From: Gemmatimonadota bacterium
GTDB taxonomy: Bacteria; Gemmatimonadota; Gemmatimonadetes; Gemmatimonadales; GWC2-71-9
Length of the DNA: 44,858 nt
Assembly (NCBI GenBank): GCA_017889745.1
Contig: JAGGAG010000002.1
Coordinates: forward strand, 1-44,858
Reading direction: 5' to 3'
The notes below the pieces were generated by a model. It saw nothing but the letters and a program-made list of their open reading frames with translations. It searched no databases and was not told the origin of the DNA. Shown here piece by piece: positions 24,728 to 31,550 of the stretch (the first letter of the stretch is position 1; each line of letters starts with the position of its first letter). Both the position numbers and the translations under genes were made by a program.

Positions 24728-26458
24728 ATGGATAGACGCACGCTGTGGGCGGTCCTGCTGATGATGGCGATCTTCTTCGCGCCCACGTTCTTCATGAAGA
24801 AGCCGGCCCGGCCTGTCACGCCGCCCGTTCCCCAGGCGAGCGATACGGCTCCGGGTGCCGCGGCGGCTACGGCGGCACCCGTGGTGCCGGCGTCCCCTGC
24901 AGTCGGCGGGGTGGCATCGGCCGGGGCAACCGGTCCCGCTGACACCATCACCGTCACCACACCGCTGGCGCGCTATGGGGTCAGCACCCGCGGCGGCGTG
25001 CTGACGTCGCTGGAGCTCGAGCACTACAAGTCCACTGCGCCCGCCACCAAGGGCACCCCTGCCGAACTGGTGCGCCCGGGCTCGCCGCTGCTCGGGCTCG
25101 TGGTCGTCACCGGTGCGGACACGCTGCACCTCGATCAGTGGGACTTCCGGGCCGACCCGGCCAGCCTCAACGTTACCGGCGAGCCGGCATCGCTGACGCT
25201 TACGTCGGACCAGGCGGGACACTCGGTGCGGATCCGGTACACCTTCTCGCCTACCGACTATCAGGTGGGTGTGTCGGGCTCCGTTACCGGCATCGGCGCC
25301 GCGGGCGGCCAGCTGGTGCTGGGGCTGGGTACCGGGCTCGCGAACACCGAGGCCGATTCGGTCGAGAATTTCCGCGCGGCGGCGCTCGTTACCTACGGCG
25401 GCAGCGCCGAGCGACACGACTTGGCGAAACTCACGGCGGGCGAGACGGTGACGTTCAGCGGGCCCTATGCGTGGACCGCGCTCAAGTCGAAGTACTTCGT
25501 CAGCGCGGTGCTGGCGTTCGATTCGACCGGCGGACGCCTGAGTGGCGTCACCGCGACTCCCGCCCCGGCCGCCGGCAAGCACCCCACGGCGGCGGCAACC
25601 CAGGTGCGCATGCCGATCGCCACCTCGGGCGAGTTCTCCTACACGCTCTACGCCGGGCCGATGGAGTACGACCGGCTCAAGCGCATCGGCCACGACTTCG
25701 ACGACGTGAATCCGTACGGGCTGCCGGGTTTCCGCACGCTGATCCGGTTCTTTGCGGCGCCGGTGCGGTGGCTGCTCGTGTGGATGCATGATTCGCTGCA
25801 CCTGGGCTACGGCTTCGTGCTGATTGCCTTTGGCCTGCTGGTCCGCCTGCTGCTGTGGCCGCTCAACCAGAAGGCCATGCGCGCCAATACCGCGCTTCAG
25901 GCGCTGCAGCCGCAGCTGCAGAGGATCCAGGAGCAGTACAAGCAGGACCCGCCGCAGCTGCAGAAGGAGATGTTCCGGCTCTACAAGGAGAATGGGGTCA
26001 ACCCGCTGGGCGGCTGCTGGCCCATGCTCCTGCCGATGCCGGTGCTCTTCGCACTCTTCTTCGTGCTGGGCAACTCGATCGAACTGCGCGGGGTGCCGTT
26101 CCTCTGGTTTCCCGACCTGGCGCGGCCGGATCCGTACTTCATCATCCCGATCCTGAGCGGCATCTCGATGTTCGGGCTGACCAAGGTCGGGCAGATGGGC
26201 ATCCAGCACACGGCGCAGACGAAGATGCAGGCGCAGATGATGACCTACATGATGCCGGTCATGATCACCATCTTCGGCTTCAACTTCGCGTCGGGGCTCA
26301 ACCTGTACTGGACGGTGAGCAACCTGGCCAGCATTCCGCAGCAGTGGCTGATCGCGCGGGAGCGGATGAAGCTGCAGAAGGCGGAGGTGAAGGCGTTCGT
26401 CGAGGTGAAGACGAAGCCCGATGACAGCGTGACGCGGAGCGGCAAGAAGAAGCGCTAG
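24728..26458 (+). CDS. yidC: membrane protein insertase YidC
   Basis: 576 aa. N-terminal TM, large periplasmic domain, conserved C-terminal core (LLLWPLNQKAMRANTALQALQPQLQRIQEQYK...GCWPMLLPMPVLFALF), basic tail. Confidence 0.96.
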   Translation: MDRRTLWAVLLMMAIFFAPTFFMKKPARPVTPPVPQASDTAPGAAAATAAPVVPASPAVGGVASAGATGPADTITVTTPLARYGVSTRGGVLTSLELEHYKSTAPATKGTPAELVRPGSPLLGLVVVTGADTLHLDQWDFRADPASLNVTGEPASLTLTSDQAGHSVRIRYTFSPTDYQVGVSGSVTGIGAAGGQLVLGLGTGLANTEADSVENFRAAALVTYGGSAERHDLAKLTAGETVTFSGPYAWTALKSKYFVSAVLAFDSTGGRLSGVTATPAPAAGKHPTAAATQVRMPIATSGEFSYTLYAGPMEYDRLKRIGHDFDDVNPYGLPGFRTLIRFFAAPVRWLLVWMHDSLHLGYGFVLIAFGLLVRLLLWPLNQKAMRANTALQALQPQLQRIQEQYKQDPPQLQKEMFRLYKENGVNPLGGCWPMLLPMPVLFALFFVLGNSIELRGVPFLWFPDLARPDPYFIIPILSGISMFGLTKVGQMGIQHTAQTKMQAQMMTYMMPVMITIFGFNFASGLNLYWTVSNLASIPQQWLIARERMKLQKAEVKAFVEVKTKPDDSVTRSGKKKR

Positions 26459-26464
26459 GCGGGT

Positions 26465-26665
26465 CTATCGCTTGTGGGAGCCGTCGCAGAAGGGGCGGGT
26501 CTTCGAGAGCCCGCAGCCGCAGAGCTTCACCTGGCCCGGGTGCTTGGCCGGCGGCGGCTCGATCGGGTCACCGGCGTTGTCGAAGATGAGAACCGGCCCC
26601 TCGACGATGATGGGGCCGGAGGGCTTCCAGGTGATTCGTATCGGTGTGTCTGGCGAGTCTGACAT
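26465..26665 (-). CDS. CDGSH iron-sulfur domain-containing protein
   Basis: 66 aa ending CGCGLSKTRPFCDGSHKR (CDGSH 2Fe-2S signature). Confidence 0.85.
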   Translation of the reverse strand: MSDSPDTPIRITWKPSGPIIVEGPVLIFDNAGDPIEPPPAKHPGQVKLCGCGLSKTRPFCDGSHKR

Positions 26666-26673
26666 TGGGGCAA

Positions 26674-26742
26674 CGTAAACAGTGAACGGTGAACGGTAAA
26701 CGGGACTGGTTCCCGTTCACTGTTCACCGTTTACGGTTTACG
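26674..26742. repeat. heptad-repeat palindrome (GTRAACR)n, copy 3, 4+4 heptads
   Basis: CGTAAAC AGTGAAC GGTGAAC GGTAAAC GGGA ctggt TCCCGTTCAC TGTTCAC CGTTTAC GGTTTACG. The right arm contains the stop of 26738..27682. The left arm ends 8 nt before the CDGSH start. Confidence 0.88.
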
Positions 26743-27682
26743 CTGTTCTGACTCCCCCCGCCCTCTCCTCCGCCTCCCTCGCCTCATCCGCTCCCGCCAG
26801 CAGCGCCGCTGCGATGCCGCGCTCCCCCACCAGCGCCTCCGTGAGCCGGTAACCCATGTAGTACCCGGCCCGCTCGGGGATCACGCGGCCGGCCACCAGG
26901 CGTGCCGCCGGGCTCATGCCTCCCGAGAGATACCGCAGCCTGAGCCCGAGCCCCGCCCGGTCGATGTCGGGCGCCGCGGCGCGCCGCAGGAAGGCCTCCA
27001 GCTCGCGCAGCCGTACGTATAACCGGCGCGGATAGCCGAAGTAGTCGGACGCGCGGAACCCCGGTGCCACCGCCTGTGCCGCGTGTACCGCCAGGCCCTC
27101 GTTGACCAGCAATTCCCGCAGGGTGGCCCGGCTGCCTACTTCCCAGAAGTCGTAGTAGCCCCGCGATTCGCGCACGATGCGACTGATGTCGCTGCGGCTT
27201 CCGGCCGCGGTGTAGCGGACGGTGTGCGCCAGCTCATGCCCGATCCAGAGCGGCAGCAGCTCGGGGCCCAGCCCCAGCCCGTAGGTCTCGGGATTGACCC
27301 GCCCGGTGAAGTGCTCCAGGCAGATGAACGCCACACCCCGTCCGTCGACGACCAGCTCGCCGGCGTTCGCGGCGCCCATCCCCACCATCAGCACCACGTC
27401 GGTCGGCTGCTGGATGCCCAGGACGTCCACCGCGCGCGTGATGGCTTCCTCGGCGAGGCGCTCGAGGTCGACCGACTCGATCAGCGCGTAGAGGTCGCGC
27501 CGGTCGGCCCGGAGCGCCGCCTGGATCACCTCGACCGATGGCGGACTGTCGGGATCGAGGACGTAGTTACGCCAGTAGGCGTCGAGGAGCGGACGATGTG
27601 CGGAGTGGAAGGATCGGTAGGCGGCCTCGCTGTCCGGCGCGTTGATCAGCGCGAGAAATTCCGGCACGAGGTTGATGAGCAC
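26738..27682 (-). CDS. putative Zn-dependent protease (DUF2268-like, HExxH)
   Basis: 314 aa. WIGHELAHTVRY metalloprotease motif. GTG start at 27682. The overall pattern resembles DUF2268 predicted proteases; this assignment is from memory. Confidence 0.7.
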   Translation of the reverse strand: MLINLVPEFLALINAPDSEAAYRSFHSAHRPLLDAYWRNYVLDPDSPPSVEVIQAALRADRRDLYALIESVDLERLAEEAITRAVDVLGIQQPTDVVLMVGMGAANAGELVVDGRGVAFICLEHFTGRVNPETYGLGLGPELLPLWIGHELAHTVRYTAAGSRSDISRIVRESRGYYDFWEVGSRATLRELLVNEGLAVHAAQAVAPGFRASDYFGYPRRLYVRLRELEAFLRRAAAPDIDRAGLGLRLRYLSGGMSPAARLVAGRVIPERAGYYMGYRLTEALVGERGIAAALLAGADEAREAEERAGGVRTA

Positions 27683-27695
27683 CAGACAGAATAAG

Positions 27696-27769
27696 GCGTG
27701 AACGGTAAACGGTAAAGTGTGAACTGGAGTTAACGGCCCAGTTCACCTTTCACTGTTCACCGTTCACGC
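27696..27769. repeat. heptad-repeat palindrome (GTRAACR)n, copy 4, 4+4 heptads
   Basis: GCGTGAAC GGTAAAC GGTAAAG TGTGAAC TGG agttaacgg CCAGTTCAC CTTTCAC TGTTCAC CGTTCACGC. It lies between the rhomboid stop (27777) and the start of 26738..27682. Confidence 0.88.
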
Positions 27770-27776
27770 TCTTCAG

Positions 27777-28634
27777 CTAGTGCAGCTGCTGCCGCTTCTG
27801 CTTTGCGATGTCGTCCAGGAAGCGCCGCTCGTCGGGCGTCAGGCTCGCCAGCCCCTCGGCGCTGATCTTGTCGAGCACCCGGTCCATTTCACGGGCCACC
27901 GGATCGGCATCGCCGCTGCGCGATGGAGCCGCCGCGGTAGCGGCCGCCGCCGCCACGCGGCGGGGCCGCTCGGCCTCCGCGGCGCCGGGCTGCACCATGA
28001 CCGGGCGCTGCACCTGCCGCCGGGGAGCGCTGCTCTCGGGGCCGAACGACTGCAGCCGGAAGAACAGGTAGCCGAAGAGGGCTCCGCCCAGGTGCGCCTC
28101 ATACGCGACGTTGGATCCGCCCCGCAGGAACGGCAGCGCCATGATCGCGTTGAAGCCCACCAGCAGGATGGCGAAGGTGCGCGCCTTCATCGGGATGGGG
28201 ATCGGAATGACGATCATCTCGGCGTCGGGCCAGAGGATCGCCAGGGCCACGGCCAGCCCGAGCACGCTTCCCGATGCGCCGACGAACGGCGCCACCGCAG
28301 CAAACCTGGAAAGGAGCAGCGCGAAGAAAGCCGCGCCTACGCCGCAGTAGATGTAGTAGAGGAGGAACTTCTCGCCGCCGAGGCGCTGTTCCACGGCCGA
28401 TCCCAGCATCCAGAGGCCGAGCGAGTTGGCCAGGAGGTGGAGCAGGCCGGCGTGGACGAACATGTACGTCACGAACGTCCATGGCCGGCTGAGCGCGTTG
28501 GCGGGATCGAAGGCGAGCGCCCGGAACGCCCCCTCGGAAGTGAAGACGGTCTCCAGCAGCAACAGCACCACCGCGTTTGCGATGATGAGCCGTGTTACCC
28601 ACGGAGTCATCCGGGGATGCGAGATCGCCTGCAT
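27777..28634 (-). CDS. rhomboid family intramembrane serine protease with cytoplasmic C-terminal extension
   Basis: Catalytic GASGSVLGL and HLGGALFGYLF. Six TM-like segments. About 90-aa hydrophilic tail ending DERRFLDDIAKQKRQQLH. Confidence 0.88.
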   Translation of the reverse strand: MQAISHPRMTPWVTRLIIANAVVLLLLETVFTSEGAFRALAFDPANALSRPWTFVTYMFVHAGLLHLLANSLGLWMLGSAVEQRLGGEKFLLYYIYCGVGAAFFALLLSRFAAVAPFVGASGSVLGLAVALAILWPDAEMIVIPIPIPMKARTFAILLVGFNAIMALPFLRGGSNVAYEAHLGGALFGYLFFRLQSFGPESSAPRRQVQRPVMVQPGAAEAERPRRVAAAAATAAAPSRSGDADPVAREMDRVLDKISAEGLASLTPDERRFLDDIAKQKRQQLH

Positions 28635-28649
28635 GCCTGCCCCGCCTCT

Positions 28650-29663
28650 CTACCTGGGCTTCCTGCTGCCGATCGCCGACCGGCAGATCCGATCACACAG
28701 TTCAGGGAATCCGATTCCCACCGCGCGCGCCGACTGCGGGAGCAGGCTCGTCGCGGTCATGCCGGGAAGGGTATTCACCTCTAAACAGCAGGCCTCTCCC
28801 GAAGGTGTCAAGCGAAAGTCCACCCGGGAGTACCCGCCGAGCTTGAGCGCCCTGTGCGCCGCGACCCCCAGCCGCCCGCATTCGGCCGCCACGTCGGCTG
28901 GCAGGTCGGCCGGGAAGATCTCCTCCGACATGCCGGGCGTGTACTTGCACTCATAATCGAAAATCTCGTGCCGGGGAATGATCTCGCCCACCGCGAGGGC
29001 CACCCCGTCCAGAATGCCGACAGTCAGCTCGCGCCCCGGCACGAAGGCCTCGATCATGACCTCGTCGTCGTGCCTCCGGGCCTCCTCGATGGCCGGTGCC
29101 AGCTTGCCCGGGGAGCGGACCACCGACAGGCCAACCGTCGACCCCTGCTTGGAGGGCTTCACTACCACCGGCCATCCGAGGCGCGTTTCCACCTCGTGCA
29201 CCGTGGCCGGCGCCATCAGCCACTCGGCGGTGGGGATCCCCGCGTCCCGGAACAGCCGCTTGGAAATGTCCTTGTCCATCGCCATCGCGCTCCCTATGGG
29301 ACCGCTCCCCGTATAGGGTACCCCGATCATGCTGAGGATGGTCTGCAGGGTGCCGTCCTCACCGTGGCCGCCATGCAGTGCCAGGAAGAGCACCTCCGCG
29401 TCGCGTACCGCGGCGAGGTTGGCGAGCCCGCTCAACAGGAGTCCGTGCTCCAGGGTCTCGAGCTGCGCCACGGACGGAGGCGCAACCCCGACCGACGCGG
29501 GCAGGAGCTGGGCCTCATCGGCCTCCGGGACGAAGCCCCGGGCAGTGTCCACGACGGCCACCTGGTGTCCAATACTTCGCAGGGCCGCAATGACTTGCAC
29601 GGCCGATGCGAGTGCAACATCACGCTCGGCGGACGTGCCGCCGGTGAGGACTGTGATCCGCAT
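28650..29663 (-). CDS. ddl: D-alanine--D-alanine ligase
   Basis: MRITVLTGGTSAERDVALASA..., LHGGHGEDGTLQTILSMIGVPYTGSG, ATP-grasp C-terminus (EVNTLPGMT). Confidence 0.93.
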   Translation of the reverse strand: MRITVLTGGTSAERDVALASAVQVIAALRSIGHQVAVVDTARGFVPEADEAQLLPASVGVAPPSVAQLETLEHGLLLSGLANLAAVRDAEVLFLALHGGHGEDGTLQTILSMIGVPYTGSGPIGSAMAMDKDISKRLFRDAGIPTAEWLMAPATVHEVETRLGWPVVVKPSKQGSTVGLSVVRSPGKLAPAIEEARRHDDEVMIEAFVPGRELTVGILDGVALAVGEIIPRHEIFDYECKYTPGMSEEIFPADLPADVAAECGRLGVAAHRALKLGGYSRVDFRLTPSGEACCLEVNTLPGMTATSLLPQSARAVGIGFPELCDRICRSAIGSRKPR

Positions 29664-29711
29664 GTGAGGCGGGGCTCCTGAGAGGGCGGCAGGGGGCCTG
29701 CCACCCGCTGT

Positions 29712-31109
29712 TCATCGCGTCCCGATCAACTGCTGCAGTACATCATACCTGCTTACGATCCCGATGAGCGTGCCGTCCTTCCGCACCAGGGCCGCAGGAT
29801 TCTCCCGGGTGAGCATCGGTGCCAACCGGTCGGTGGGGAAGGTGTGCTCCACCACCGGGAAGGGCGGGTCCATCACCTCGCGGACCGGGCGATCGAGCAC
29901 CGACGGCTGTGCCAGCGCGCGCGTCATGAGCGCTGATTCCACCAGTCCGCCCACCGGCTCGCCATTTTCGATCACCGGGATCTGGCTCACTTCCCAGCTG
30001 CTCATCAGGTTGAGCGCCTGCCGCACCGCCGCCGCGGGCGCCACCTGTACCAGCGCGGGCGCGCTGGTGGGCCGGCGCTGCTGCAGCAGCTGCTCCACCG
30101 TGGCCTGGGGACGGTCCAGCAACTGGTTCTCCTGCATCCAGTCGTCGTTGAACACCTTGGAGAGGTAGCGCTCGCCGGTGTCGCACAGGATGGTTACGAC
30201 GTACGCGTCGGGATCATCGAGTTCGCGCGCCACGTCGAGCGCCAGCGCCACGTTGAGCCCGGCCGATCCGCCGACGAGGATGCCCTCCTCCCGGGCGAGG
30301 CGGCGGGCCATCATCATCGAGACCCGGTCGGACGCCTGCCGCCACTCGTCGATGGTGTCGAACCAGATCGTGCTCGAGACCTTGTCGCCGCCGATCCCCT
30401 CCACCTTGTAGGGCGCGCCCGCGCCCTCGGCCATGACACCGGTACGGGCGTATCCCGTAACGAGCGAGCCGATCGGGTCGCCGGCGATGACGCGGATCTT
30501 CGGGTTCTTCTCCTTGAGGTACTTCCCCGCGCCGCTCACGGTGCCGCCGGTGCCGGCGCCGGCCAGGAAGTGCGTCACCCTGCCGCCGCTCTGTTGCCAG
30601 ATCTCCGGGCCAGTGGTCTGGTAGTGCGCCTCGGGATTGACCGGGTTGAAGTGCTGGTTGGCGAGGATGGCCCCGGGCGTGTCATGGACGATCTGCTTCG
30701 CCTTCATGATGTAGTTGTCCGGATGGTCGGGCGGCACCGCGGTGGGCGTCACCACCACCTCGGCGCCGTAGGCGCGCAGCAGGCGCACCTTTTCCTGGGA
30801 CATCTTGTCGGGCAGCGTGAAGATGCAGCGATAGCCCTTGATCGCAGCCGCCATGGCAAGGCCGACGCCGGTGTTGCCGCTCGTACCCTCCACGATCACA
30901 CCGCCCGCCTTGAGCTCACCACGCTCCTCGGCGGCCTCGATCATCGCGAGGCCGATGCGGTCCTTCACCGACCCGCCCGGATTGGCGTACTCCGCCTTGC
31001 CGTAGATCGGTGTCCGCAGGCCGGCACCGATCCGGCCCAGCCGGATCAGCGGGGTCCATCCGATGGTGTCGAGCACGGTGTCGTACGGCGTGAGGTGCTG
31101 CGCGGTCAT
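29712..31109 (-). CDS. cystathionine beta-synthase (PLP domain plus tandem CBS pair)
   Basis: The lower part of the 1036-aa ORF, from MTAQHLTPYDTVLDTIGWTPLIRL (cat at 31107-31109). KAEYANPGGSVKDR with the PLP lysine, GTSGNTGVGLA. A C-terminal CBS-domain pair. Confidence 0.88.
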   Translation of the reverse strand: MTAQHLTPYDTVLDTIGWTPLIRLGRIGAGLRTPIYGKAEYANPGGSVKDRIGLAMIEAAEERGELKAGGVIVEGTSGNTGVGLAMAAAIKGYRCIFTLPDKMSQEKVRLLRAYGAEVVVTPTAVPPDHPDNYIMKAKQIVHDTPGAILANQHFNPVNPEAHYQTTGPEIWQQSGGRVTHFLAGAGTGGTVSGAGKYLKEKNPKIRVIAGDPIGSLVTGYARTGVMAEGAGAPYKVEGIGGDKVSSTIWFDTIDEWRQASDRVSMMMARRLAREEGILVGGSAGLNVALALDVARELDDPDAYVVTILCDTGERYLSKVFNDDWMQENQLLDRPQATVEQLLQQRRPTSAPALVQVAPAAAVRQALNLMSSWEVSQIPVIENGEPVGGLVESALMTRALAQPSVLDRPVREVMDPPFPVVEHTFPTDRLAPMLTRENPAALVRKDGTLIGIVSRYDVLQQLIGTR

Positions 31110-31510
31110 GGGGTGACTCCACGGCCCTGCGGTGTGCGGAAGTAGATCGGCTGAAGGAACGCCATGGCGACCTTGGCGCCATCGCGTTCCGCCGGGGCAT
31201 AGCGAAGCGAAGGCACCGCCTGAATTGCGGCGCTGTCGAGCGCCGGGTAACCGCTCGATTCGGCGACCCTGGTCGAGTCCCGCACCAGGGCGCCGCTGCT
31301 GTCTACCACCAGCCGCAGGAGCACGGTGCCCTCGATGCCCTGGGCGGCCAGCGCCGGGGGATAGTCCACCGGCGAATTGGGGTTGAGCGCCACCGGCGGC
31401 AGCTCGTTGGCCCGGGGCGCCTCGACGGGGCGCGACGGCAGGCTCACGGTGCCGTCTCCCTTGCCGGAGCAGGCGGCAAGGAGGGCAAGCAGGATCAGTC
31501 GGCGGCGCAT
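31106..31510 (-). CDS. TonB C-terminal domain lipoprotein
   Basis: MRRRLILLALLAACSG lipobox. PVDYPPALAAQGIEGTVLLRLVVDSSG...GYPALDSAAIQAV is typical of the TonB C-terminal fold. There is no N-terminal TM anchor or long Pro-rich rod. ATGA overlap with the CBS-domain enzyme gene. Confidence 0.75.
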   Translation of the reverse strand: MRRRLILLALLAACSGKGDGTVSLPSRPVEAPRANELPPVALNPNSPVDYPPALAAQGIEGTVLLRLVVDSSGALVRDSTRVAESSGYPALDSAAIQAVPSLRYAPAERDGAKVAMAFLQPIYFRTPQGRGVTP

Positions 31511-31550
31511 GGGGACAAGTTAGCCACGAGGGCGGGGAGGCGCCCCTACA

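Noticed and set aside
24548-26209. 553-aa minus-strand ORF
   Set aside because: It is antisense to yidC and yidD and has an Arg/His/Pro/Gly-rich shadow composition.
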